From contig CM120640.1 in assembly GCA_051362555.1 (NCBI GenBank), positions 23,732,225 to 23,796,224 of the forward strand: a DNA stretch of 64,000 nt. The letters are read 5' to 3'. How positions within the stretch are numbered: the first letter of the stretch is position 1; every line of letters begins with the position of its first letter. Of the stretch, positions 47,312 through 59,376 are shown one piece after another. A program made the position numbers and the translations under genes. The notes under the pieces were generated by a model. It was not told the DNA's origin. It saw only the letters and a list, made by a program, of their open reading frames with translations, and did no database searches. The DNA is from Lingula anatina (Eukaryota > Animalia > Brachiopoda).

Positions 47312-50138
47312 CTACGAGCCAACAACACGTTATGATCTGCGAACAATTTGAATATGCCAGGGTCTTTTGCTGTTTACATACGGGTTTTTTCCTTGACCAA
47401 GAATCAATTCAGAAGTTATCCGCTCTAAAAAATCTCCGGTACATGCGAATGTGCGGTTGGGGGAGGGGGGAGACTTGCGGTTCGCAGTTTATAATGCGTT
47501 GTTCGCAGCAGTTAATTTTACAATCGGACCCGATACGCGGTTCAAAATCACCAACAGCTTTCTTGTTTTTAAGGCCTGTGATCCTAAGGAGAATGATCTG
47601 GTAATGTCCTTAGAATCTTCATAGCATGCCTGTTACAAAAATATGTGCATGTTTACCAGGGTACACCTGCAGTAAAACTAACCTTGAGCTTAATGCTTGG
47701 AATATAAGAAAAGATATAACAAATATAAAAAAAGCCTATCCAACTAGTAAACAAAGCAGAGGAGGTAGCGTGAGGAGAACCGCCGAGGTCTACTTCTTGG
47801 CGTTACAGCACAGGTAACCTTTTATGGGCCGCGCTTGAGTATAAATGATGGTCAATCTATCCAATACACAAACGAATACAACTCCTTGAACTATCCTACC
47901 GCTGAAAATAGCCTGGCTGCCGTTTGGATTGGTGGTCAAATATGCAAATAAAAGCCAGATAAATAACAAGGAAATAAATAAAATGATATCTGTGATGGAG
48001 AACAAGTTTTTTATATTGACAGTAGGGATCAAAGTTATTCTTTATTTGTAATTAGTCCAGATGATAATACAAATGCTGTGGGGTCTGTTCATATTGTCAT
48101 CCATGCAGGACAAGACACGATGCTGTTACATGTTATTGCTGTCAAATACCACGAAGTATAAAATGGCGAGGCGCTAAGAATGCTGCTGCTGCTTTTGTGT
48201 GCGGTCATCATCTTTTCTTGTAGTATCTTTAGTGATTCGATTTTTATACGCATCAGATAAAGACGCTCAAACGACAATTATAGGGTATCTGAAAAAAATT
48301 ATGACAAGTCCTATCCCCAAGTTTCCATACAGCTTCAGCTGTGGTGTAAAATCAGTCAGTAGAACCGATCGACCCTTACACTATTTTAAACCTCCCTCAT
48401 CCCGAGTAGGTAGTACTATTTTTTTACCGAGATCAAGAACTTACACAATACACTGTAAAGACTGCTTGATATTTGGCAGTTAAGGCCACTTTATTTATGC
48501 TAAAATCAAATGAGTTTTTAAATTTTAACTTTTACTAATTGTTCCGTTATTCAAAATATAAATCCATGAACGAATTTGTAGGGTTCGAAAAAGGCCTGTT
48601 GATCAGTACCTGTGTGTAGCATTTAATTCTCTTTTATATTTTCCTATATCATTTACGATAATTTCATGATCAAACTCAAGATTGCTATAACGCAAAGTTT
48701 TTCTCTCTTGCAGTGAACCCATGTGCAAGCTAATTTTAGGTATACGGGTATAAACAATCTCTCTGTCCAAAATGAGTTCCATCTTAACTGTGATAATACA
48801 AAACCTTGCCGTTAATTTTTTTATTATTTCATGTCAGAACAATATTTGCCCAAGATCTCAATAGCATAGTATTCTAGTCACTTATGTAAACACCCTATAT
48901 ATCAGAGAATCTATCAAAACATTTCCTTATGTAACTATTTGGATCAGCAGCTGTTACCTGTAATCACCCGTTGCCCTTTCCAACCACTTGAACAGTGCTA
49001 TGCCCTTGTCAGTTAACCTGTGCCATCAACGAAAAACAATTTATTTACTCGTACATGTTTTAGGGTACTTAAACTAGAATTTTGATTGATGGAGCTTTGG
49101 ATTTTTTTCATTGATGGCTTCAAGGTCAAACAACTGAATTTCTAAAGATAATTAGCCATATTTATTTTCCTCAAAACATTCATATATGATATTCAAGCTT
49201 ACCCTATGGTATAAAACAAATTGTAAATGGCCGCTTCTTCAAGCAAATTGCCATGAGATAGGCAGGCTATATTCAGCAATTATACCACATACTTGTAACA
49301 TCGCAATGTGGTATTACCGCTGTCATACTGGATTTATTTACACGTTATTTTTTGCTCTATGGGTGTAACAAAGCGTTTTACATTTCAGACACCTTAGTAT
49401 TATTTCCTTTCGTTAGGTAACTTACAACACGGTGAATATTTTATGCAACAACACCTATAATGTATGAACATCAGTACCCCCTCCTTGTCCCTTGATATGC
49501 TGACATGACCCTAAAATCTGCTTTTATTACTGGACCAGTTATTGGAGAGTAAACAACCATCCTTCATTTGGCGAAATACACATGTACCTGTCGCTCAGTC
49601 ACTGATACTGAAACTGAGAAACAGAAAAAAACAGAAACTATCTTTTTTCTCTCTTTCCCTAAATGCCATGATCGGGGTAACGTGCGTAAGGGTTATTTGC
49701 AAACAAGCACTGTTGTTCGTCTTGAAAAGCAGGTCATTAGTCATATCTCCCTTTCAGGCCAATTTACTGCTTTACATCGTGTTCAAAATCATTTCTTTAC
49801 TAATGAATATCAATATTTCATTCAGATATATATTTACAGTATAACTTCCTTGTTCCTCTGAACAGGCGTATGACTGGAAACGTAAATCATTTTGAGAATT
49901 TTCCGATTATTTCATTTCTATATGTACGTACATACATGTATTTTATATGAAATAAGAGGGCACTTAAAATTGATTACATAACTTATATTAATTTTTGAGC
50001 TTTAACATCAAAATCTAGTTATAAAGGAAACCGGTTGGTGTGTTACTACTAGCCGATTCTAAATCGTAAACCCCCTTCAGCGATAATGAAATGGAATGAA
50101 GTTAGAAGAAGTTCTTGTCAAGATACGCTAAAGCAAAC

Positions 50139-50473
50139 AATAAAAACTCCAAAAACATTCGATGTCTCGAAGTTGAATTATTTATACAATGTAATAAGCA
50201 AACAAAATTATCTATCATACTGGCAAATTTATTCACTCGCGATATGTTAATATTTTTCGGCTTTTAATATATACAATAACGCCATGCTCATTCTGATGCT
50301 TAAATATAAAATTAAGCATTTTTATCGGCCGGTTGAAAAAAAGACAATTGCTGAAATTTGTAAGCGACACATAATTTTACCATACCTTTATCTAAAAATA
50401 TGCCGCTTATTACACTGGATAAATAATTCAACTTCGAGACACCGTAAACATCGAATGTTTTTGGAGTTTTATT
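50139..50473. mobile_element. Foldback/MITE-like element with ~60-70-bp inverted repeats
   Basis: 50139-50199 is the reverse complement of 50405-50473 apart from a ~9-bp indel and a few substitutions; termini and TSD not resolved. Confidence 0.6.
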
Positions 50474-50949
50474 TGGTACAGAAATTATGAAATGTTGATA
50501 CACAAACCGCCCTGTTTGTTTTTTTTAAATCCAAAATAACTGAAGCATTTACATATTATTGTATTATTCTTCAAAATGCAATTTCTTCGTTATTTGAGAT
50601 ATTACTAGAAAAGAAACAGACTCCTATCCAATATGAGAAATCGGATCCACATACAAGACCTGAACGAGTCACTATACACACATTTGCAGTAGCAAGGGCG
50701 TCTCTCATGCATCCTAAAAAAAGAAAATGTCGTCTTTTACTTACAGTGATTTGATGGTATCTAGACAGTAAAATGTATCTTGATGGTAACTTGTTGGTAA
50801 CTTGATGTGTTATTCTCTATCGGTTTCTGTGTACTGAGCCGTACTTCTTTGTTTCTCCCACTATATCTATCATACACCTGTTTTGACCCAGATATGAACA
50901 TAGGAGCTAAAACGGGAAGAGGGACCTGCTTTGCCAAACCCTTACTTTA

Positions 50950-51863
50950 AGTCTCGGTCACAACCGGACGCACGAATTTCAGGATCGTACGTCCCCTGCG
51001 ATTTTTGGGTGTTGCGAAGGCCGTGGAGGTCGTAGAGGTAGAGGAAGATCTGCCTTGCGAGTCGCAAGGGCCACATGAGATGTCCTTTCAAGCAGGGATG
51101 CTAATTGCAAGGAGCGATGGCCGTGGAAATTATACTCGTTTCTTGCGTTTGTCTTGCTTCCTGTGTACGTGGCACACACTCACCACTTACGAAGGGAATG
51201 CAACGTACGGCGAAAGTAGTGCCCTTTTGCGTCAGTTTTGCTTCACACTTGCCTCACACATTTGTGGTAACGTACTGACGGCGTACGCCAGTTTTGCTTC
51301 CTGTTCTCCTCTTCTTTCTTCTTCCTCCTCCCCTTTTTCTACTATGTAAGCTTTTTTCTCTTGTCTTTTGGAGGCATATTAGACACTAAATTGATCAAAA
51401 ATTTGAAAATTTTGAAAATTGTTGTACACTTTACACAGTCAACGTTCATTGTAAAGACACAAGCGTGCGTCGTGAGCACGCCTTTTATACACAAGTCGTG
51501 GACGTGACGCACGTGCGACGCATTCCCGGTGTGCTCTCGACTTTGTTCGTTAGTTGTGAGGGCGTGCGCCTTACTCAACACGAAAAGGGCACTTGTTCCT
51601 TCATTGCTTGCGACGTGTGTCTTGCACAACGCGCGTCTCTCTTGCTAACTCCGTGAGAGGGGAGCAAGTTACGCTTGCAGCCTCGCTGTTCGCAGGCTAT
51701 TTGTAGAATCTTTTGGACATGTCCAATGTCCTCCGTACGTGCTTACGGGCTGTCTGCGAACTCGAAATTGCGTAAGAAGGACTTGCGTGGGACGTGAGAT
51801 TCTGCACAAAATTTGGACGCAAACAGCCTGTAAGAGCCCGTACGGCCGGTTGTGACCGAGGCT
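50950..51863. mobile_element. Non-autonomous PIF/Harbinger-type DNA transposon (914 bp)
   Basis: 25-bp TIRs AGTCTCGGTCACAACCGGACGCACG / CGTACGGCCGGTTGTGACCGAGGCT with 3 mismatches; 3-bp TSD TTA at 50947-50949 and 51864-51866; CpG-rich interior with no intact transposase. Confidence 0.8.
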
Positions 51864-52463
51864 TTAATTCGATGATGAAAACATGTAAAAGCCTGATGAT
51901 AATTATCTGTATTTCGGGTAGCCTGATCGACATTAGTCTCTATGCCAGTTCTGGGTACATTACAATTGATATTACATATAGTCAAACATGTAGAGTCGTG
52001 TTTGCAAAGCTGAAGTGAGAATCGTTATTAAAAAAATTTAAAAACAATTACAAAAATAAGTTAAGCTAGCACCGAGAGTTATTGTACAAAAGCATAAATG
52101 AAATTTGTGTTAATATATTACTTTTAAATCATTTTTGTCATACTTCTATTTTTTAAAACATTTGACCAAGGTGGTTTTATTTTATTTGGTCGTGTAGGAA
52201 CCCAAATTAATATTGACAACGTTAAATTCATACTGCTGCGCTTACGTATTTTTCGAGATCATCATTACTATGGACATCAACATGTTTATGGGTTATTCAT
52301 CTTTGACTGGGTTTCGCAGTAATTAAATCAATTTTGTCTTGAACGGAGCTAAACGGATCAGGATAATGAGGGATTGGTCTGGATATTTATATCAACATTT
52401 TTCTCTTCATTACCAAGGTAAACCATGTCCAAACTGTTTACAGAATTACCACCTGCAGCCAAG

Positions 52464-52712
52464 TTTTTTACCTCCGCCAAGGAGGTTATGTTTTCACCCC
52501 TGTTTGTCTGTTTGTTTGTTTGTTTGTCATCAACATAACTCAAAAAGTTATGGACCGATTTTGATGAAATATTCAGGAACTGTCAGAAGAGGGCCAAGGA
52601 AGAGATGATTAGTTTTTGGTGGTGATCCGGATCAATAATCAATCAATAATCAATAATAATCAAAAATCGATGCCTTGGCGGAGGTCTGCGCTCTCTGAGT
52701 GCTTTTCTTGTT
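52464..52712 (+). mobile_element. Non-autonomous Helentron (HINE/DINE-1-like) element
   Basis: Subterminal inverted repeats ACCTCCGCCAAGG (52470-52482) and CCTTGGCGGAGGT (52673-52685), an internal (GTTT/GTCT)n microsatellite, a 3' mini-hairpin GCGCTC-TCT-GAGTGC (52688-52702), and T-rich ends with no TSD. Confidence 0.75.
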
Positions 52713-54751
52713 TTGAGTTCTAAATTTCTAGATTTTGAATCATCGTCGTTATAGAGATAGATACTGGTGAATTTCACTCGTGACAGTAAAATTCAGAAAT
52801 TGAGAACTCGAAAACGTCGTGATATCCTCAATGATTTTGGATAGTGTAGGCCTATACCTTGGTGTTTTGGGATAATTGATGCAATTTCTACGAAAATACC
52901 GTGTCATATAGAAGTCCATTGTAGGTCTTGAATATTTTAATGTGTCCAAGACACGGACTATATTGTTAATTTTAAAACTTGCACCACTTTGCGGTCTTTG
53001 ACCTTTATAGCTTCCAACAGATGTATCAATTATCTGCCATACCTATTAAAAATAAAACGTGCACAGAGCAGAGATACCAAAGATGACAATGATTCCAGCA
53101 GACAAAAAACGTATACCGCGGCTGGCGCGCCAACAGTAGGATAATTGCACTTGTATTTCGCTTGTATTTTCATACGCTTCGAAGCGCCAGTCAGCTACAA
53201 CTACTCGTCGTCCACTGTGTGCGACATACAAGAGCAAATTTTTGCCCTCTTGTATGTTGCATACAGTAACTAGTACATATCCTTCTGCTACCATTTTGTC
53301 ATGGTCAAATACGCTAAGCGGAAGGATCCGTGACAGTAAGTAAAACGATTTCAAAATCCTGCACAGAGATGATTCCGTGATCAAACTGTGTTTGGAAACT
53401 CGGGTGTTCAACACAGATGGTATTAGGGTTCTTCCCTTCAAACATCACAGCGGCAAGATTGTTGGTTGTTGGTTGGAGCAAGATTGAATGGCTCAACCTC
53501 CATTGTACTCAGGTAGGAGTAGTTCACGTCGTACCTTTCAATCTTGACTGCGATGTGAATATTATTCCAATTTACCGATGTTGCAACCATTTCTCAATCA
53601 AAACTCTCGCCTGCCGTATGTATGGGTAGAAAAGGTAGGATGGCCATGGGATTTTGCACATGCCCAATCACTGACCCATTTGTGACCCATATATATGGAC
53701 CTCATGAAAAAAGTCCCAATTGTATTATTTTACAGTTATAAGCAAAACAAATCACTACCGAAAAATAAAATTTATGAATTAGTTAATGCATCAACTTTAG
53801 ATAGGAAATTTGACAATCAGATGCTCTGTGTGCTACTCCACAACGTGGGAACACCAGCAAGGATGTGATGCCTATGGTCTCCTCACTTAGGACTCAGGAG
53901 GGACTATGTAGGCATTGACGGCCCTTTTTAAACCTGGACAGAAACAACTCAGGCTTATTTGTCTGTCTAATTTTATAAAACTAATGTCCACGGAATATCA
54001 CAGGAATTTTCATTGCAATTTCAGCATTTTAGCGAGTCGGCTAGGTTACTTTTCTGCGTAGTGAAGATGCCTCTTATACATTAATGCCAACGCATGACTT
54101 CACTTAGTCGCCTATATATCCCCCAGTATAGATAGTTTGATATCTGAGAATGCATATTGCGCCAGCTGCAGTTGTTAGAAGCCATATTAAATATTATATG
54201 CCTAGTAGCAAGAATACCAGCAAAAGAAACTGCTGCCAGGTAATTTAAGTCTCCCTAGCTGTTGAAATCACTTTCAACAAATTCAAATTGTTGACAGGTG
54301 AGCATACTATGATAAAGAGGTAGGGGGAGAAAATGCTACACATTAATAGTCCAAAATAGTGAAGATATTTATCAAAAATCCCTTAAGGTACTCGAAAGTT
54401 ATTAATTACATTTACTGATAATATACAATCAACATAATGTGCCTTTTGAAAATTTTAACATTTTCCCTTCATATCTGATAGTCCACTAAGTACACGTATT
54501 TTTATGATATTTTAGAATAGATAGTTCTATCAAACCAGTAACCGGACTGAAAAATTAATTAACGTTACATCATTATTGTATGTAGTAAAGTAAAAATGTT
54601 CGCAAGTAAAAATTGTTAGTCTCTTGAAATTTGGGTGGACTGTCTCCCATTGTTACAATTTTTAAAAACTATCATAATTATGCGACAAATTCGAATTTAA
54701 TTTTTAATTCTCCTGCATTGAGTTCTAGTATACGTTCAAATAAACACACGG

Positions 54752-54797
54752 GCGTGCGTGCGCTCGCGCGCGCGCGCACGCACGCACGCACATATAT
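54752..54797. repeat. Alternating purine-pyrimidine tract (GCGT)n-(CG)n-(CACG)n-(TA)n
   Basis: Seen directly; largely self-complementary. Confidence 0.85.
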
Positions 54798-55412
54798 AGA
54801 GAGAGACGAAGAAATTATTAATGGGATTGTTGGTCTGACAGCTTTTACAATTTTTTTCTACTCTTTACCTCCTTAGGTAAAGTTTATAGATCGATTAATA
54901 TTAATATTTCTCATATATACTATATTTTTGCGTGTGTTTTATTTAAATTTACGCCATGCATGTGTTGCAAAAACATGTTAAAAGCAAAAATAATTTAGCT
55001 GCGATGTTTATAAAAAACAACCTTGTTAGTCATTTTCTTATATGGCTATAATAAACTGCATCTTAGAATTCGTCACGAAAAATACTGAAAAGAACTTCAC
55101 CCATCAATAGACTAATTTCACATAGTCGATCGATGGTTGCTGTTGATTTTTTAAGAACAGATATGTTATACGATGTGAAGACCACTTACTGCTTCATTTT
55201 CTCTATTAAAAAGTTACGAGCTACTATTTTATCTCACAGTGCAGAGTAATAGGAGGATGTGGAGCGATCAAGGATGCACTCATATACGAAGGTGATCATT
55301 GCGTTATTGACTTGGCGAATTTAAGATACTCTCATTTTCACGTTGCCCTCAAGGCAACTTCTATAACACTCATAGCACCCATAAACACAACTATGGTGGC
55401 CCCTATTGGATA

Positions 55413-55516
55413 TTTCGACTTTTCGAGTTTTCGAGTTTTGGACTTTTTGAGTTTTCGACTTTTCGAGTTTTTGACTTTTCGAGTTTTCGAGTTTTTGACT
55501 TTTCGAGTTTTCGACT
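55413..55516. repeat. Subterminal tandem array, 13 x 8 bp (TTTCGAST consensus)
   Basis: Counted directly; an inverted array of 6 units lies at 59498-59545. Confidence 0.9.
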
Positions 55517-58000
55517 TTTTTTACCAGTCATATGGCAACTGGGAAGATATTCAGAACGGAGCGCGTGCGCTGAGATGACGTCGCAGTCGAAATTTTGTAA
55601 ATTGCGTAACCTTCGCGGAAGTTCAAGAATTGCACTTTATTCCCTGCATAAGTACCTTGTGAAAATTAAGACATGGTAGCAGAGTTTATTATGTGTATCA
55701 TTATGTGTGATTTACCTAGATGTAAGAAGCAATGAATGAGGTAGATCTCGACGAAGTCGGCCAACTGGTCACTTTTTGGCCATAGCAACACTAACATTTT
55801 TGGATGTCTCATGTCACAGAAACTGTGCAACTTACGTCAATGGAAGGTGGCTTTTTGCATGAGAAAATTGACTATCAAGTTTCATTAAAATCTAATCTGG
55901 CAACATTTTTACCAGTCGGAAAACTGGCATCGTGATACCAGATGTCAGTGTTATTTGTTTATCAAGATAAGAGTACCCTAGGTTCTAGATTTCGGTATTG
56001 CCAGCTCGATCTTGATTTCATATATAACCCATATCAGCCATACCAGGCATTTAGTAAAAGCGACTGCATCACAAGGTATATTTAACAAGCTAGCTTTTAC
56101 GTTGCTCTGACACTCAGGGTAGACAAGAGCAACTAATAGTTAAAATGTACTTCCTGTTTTGAGAATACAGATAAGAAACATACGATGTTTGTATAAAAAT
56201 AATAATGAAAAATGAAAAAAAAACTCCGATATTAGGCCTACTTATCATTATTACCTATTAATTACTTATAACTTATTTTGTCTTTTGTCAACTTTTTAAC
56301 AATTATCGCAAGTGTATACTTATATTAAGAAAATCTATGCTAATTGGTATTTGCCTCAGTGAGACTTGTATGGAGTGACAAATGAAAGAAAAAACAACTA
56401 TGTACATGTACATATATATGTGGTAATTTATTAGCAACAAAATGGGCATTTAGACCATTATGCCCATGAAATGTACAAAAGAATTTATTGCACATTTCAG
56501 GCATGCAACCACTTCTTAAATGCTTGTACCAATTTCAACATTTAATTTAAATTTAAAATTAAAATAATCATATTATAATAGTAACTTCTAGCAGATGTAT
56601 CTTAAATCAAGTTTTTCTAGCAAAGATTTATCTGTCTAGACCGGAGCGCACCCTCAGCTAAATACTATTTTAATTTTACAGCAGGTAAATACTATTTTAA
56701 TTTTACAGTAACATTACAATAACCTTGATGTTCTCAGCAGATGAGATACTAATATTAAATACTTTTTAATCAGTTGAATTTAAATTGCACTTTCCATCTT
56801 TATTTATATCAGGCTTTATCTTTGGTAATAAAAAAGCAAAAAATCCACGCTGCCACCAGACAATGGCTACACACTAATATATGCATACATGATTTTAGCA
56901 TATAAAATACCCCAAACTAAATATATAATTGTACAGTAACATCAAGGCACATTTGACATTCAACCATTTGAAATTAAACAACAGACACAAAAAATACATA
57001 AAATGTCCATCTCTTGTCTCTTCTTAACAGCAAACAGTATGCATTCCTTATATTTCCTTTTAATAAGAAGTATGTGGCCCTTGCAATGCTGTTATCTGAA
57101 AAATGAAACAAAGCTAATTTTAAAAATTATTTCACACAAATTCATATTTGAATGTTTCAAAGGTTTCATATTCCAAAGCAACTTTCCTCATTAAAATTAC
57201 TTTCTTAATCATCCACCTTTACATATATATGCAATTTCTATACTACTGTATTTCATACCTTGGCTGTCAGACCATAGCAGAATCCATAGTTTATACAAGG
57301 TATGTGGGCAGTCAGCTGTTAAGGTGTTGTTATGGTTAAGACTTAATTAAGAGTTTTATAAAAGTTGTTGAAGACCTCTCACTTCCTGTCTCTTTTCATT
57401 TACTGAAAAATATAAATAGCACATTAGTAATCTGTCTTATCTAAATAAAATACAACCGATTAAACACCTGTAATAATAAAATCTTCATTTTACTCCGACA
57501 ATTAAGAAGGTTCTATAGATAGTGTGTAACTCTACCCTTGACAAATCATAGCATTCGTTGAAAAATTGAGAAGTTCAGATCATGATGAAAAGTAGGCCAA
57601 AGGTCAACTTCAAGGTCTCAGTGAGATTGCCAGAATATGACCTCCTATACAAGTTTAAAAGTAACTATGGGCGTATCTCTGCCAGTTTTCGAGACATAAG
57701 GGATAGAAATTTTGCAAAGTTGGTTCAAAAATATATTTTCATTCATTTTCATTTGTGTCTTTATTATAAAGAATAAAACTGTAAGGCATTCTTAGTTTTG
57801 CTGTACCACTCAATGAGAAAATCACAATTAAAAAAATATTAATTAAAAAATACAGTATGTGTAAAATTCACAATTGTCTGTGATTTTTCATTGAAAATAC
57901 CTAGTCCATTTGATTTTTATAAAATGTCGTTCATTTTTTAAAGTAATTTCGACTTGCCCCATTAAGAACATACAATTTTGTTGTTGAAGACATATCTTTG

Positions 58001-58320
58001 TAAAAGTGTGCAACCCAAAGCAAAGAATTTTCAAACCCAAAATAATTCTGTAGAAAGACCTAATGAAATACGAATATAATAAAATCAAATCAAAGCCTAT
58101 GCTCAAAGATTGTCATCTAGATTGAATCATCTATTATTGATATTTCAATCTAAAAGTGTGCAACCCAAAGCATTCATATTGTCTAACCCAAAATAATTAT
58201 GTGGACACATCCACTGAAATTTTAAGGAAATCAGCTTTGACATCAAGATTGGGTCATTTATTATTGACATGTCAATCTAAAAGTGTGCAACCCAAAGCAT
58301 TCAAATTTTGTAGCCTGAAA
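58001..58320. repeat. Degenerate tandem repeat, three copies of AAAAGTGTGCAACCCAAAGCA spaced 127-150 bp
   Basis: Motif at 58002, 58152 and 58279, with partly similar flanking sequence. Confidence 0.7.
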
Positions 58321-58321
58321 A

Positions 58322-58510
58322 AAGTCTGTGGTAGCACCATCTGATTGTATCATTTATTATTACCGTTTAGTTAATTAAATTTTGAAATGAAAATCCAAAT
58401 ACAGCAGTTATGTAAGAAGTCTGTGGTAGCACCATCTGATTGTATCATTTATTATTAACGTTCAGTTAATTAAATTTTGTAATGAAAATCCAAATATAGC
58501 AGTTATGTAA
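58322..58510. repeat. 95-bp tandem duplication
   Basis: aagtctgtggtagcaccatctgattgtatc...cagttatgtaa at 58322 and 58417, few mismatches. Confidence 0.9.
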
Positions 58511-58773
58511 ACAGTTTCGTTATTATTGTTCCTCGTGATTTCTTGGAAATAAAGCCTGTTCAGCAGATTTCTCAAACTATGCCAACCTAAAAATGGGCAA
58601 CAAAGTAGAATTTAAATTTTGTTTAGGCCTCAGGGGCCGAAACGGCCGTAGGGCATTTTTTAATAAAATGGAGAGAAAAGTCTAATTTATTCGTGTCCTT
58701 GATTTTATATACCAGCTCCCCACGGGCCGCCCATGGGTGGAGCACTTTTTCATGGTGTATTGACTTCATTCTC

Positions 58774-58775
<2 letters not shown>

Positions 58776-58804
<29 letters not shown>
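58776..58804. repeat. (AT)n microsatellite
   Basis: Seen directly. Confidence 0.95.
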
Positions 58805-58806
<2 letters not shown>

Positions 58807-59112
58807 AAAATAACTCTATATATTAATATAAACCTTGGAAATTTTAACTTAAAGGCCATACATTTATAACCTACATATATTTAGCCATCAAACATGTCCT
58901 ACTGCTAAACACATCCAGGCTAAAAGGGTGTACCATGCTTAGGTGCAAAACATGCTTATAGAGGAGCTAAATGCGTTGAAAAAATCAGACAAAGCAGGCA
59001 CTTGGATGTTTTTACAGTGTATGTTATAATTGTGTACCTGTGTTTTGTACCAAAAATAAAAACATTTCAGGTCATTTTAATGTCTTTTTATGCAAGAATG
59101 TTGTCCAACAAC

Positions 59113-59376
59113 TGGGGTTGATACATTGTTATCTGACATTGTTCAAATCCAGTGTTAATCCAACGTCTTGTCAACGTTGAAGCTCAACATTGTTTCAACG
59201 TTGAAACAACATAATTTCCCGCTGGGTGGGGTTTATATAACATTGTTTTCTGACGTTGATACAACGTTGTTATCTGAGGTTGACACAACTTTCAAATCCA
59301 ATGTTTATCCAATGTCTTCTCAACGTTATGGTTCAACGTTGTTTCAACGTTAAAACAACATAATTTGCCCGCTGGG
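59113..59376. mobile_element. Two tandem right-hand ends of a CAACGTTG-rich MITE (CMC/EnSpm-like, ...CCCGCTGGG terminus)
   Basis: Repeat unit of about 150 bp rich in CAACGTTG palindromes, each copy ending acataattt(g)cccgctggg (59226 and 59376). The superfamily assignment is from recall. Confidence 0.45.

Noticed and set aside
43105-50745. Several minus-strand donor-like sites (near 43110, 44358, 46027, 50742) as possible 5' UTR exons of DUR3-B
   Set aside because: Cannot be told apart from chance matches without transcript data.
55413-55516. Regular short repeats that might suggest a CRISPR array
   Set aside because: 8-bp tandem units with no unique spacers, in a eukaryotic context; they are transposon subterminal repeats.
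57560-57720. aaaggtcaacttcaaggtc...gtaactatgggcgtatctc...ttttcgagacataagg segment resembling a common invertebrate interspersed repeat unit
   Set aside because: Single degenerate copy with no definable boundaries, so the family cannot be supported from this window.
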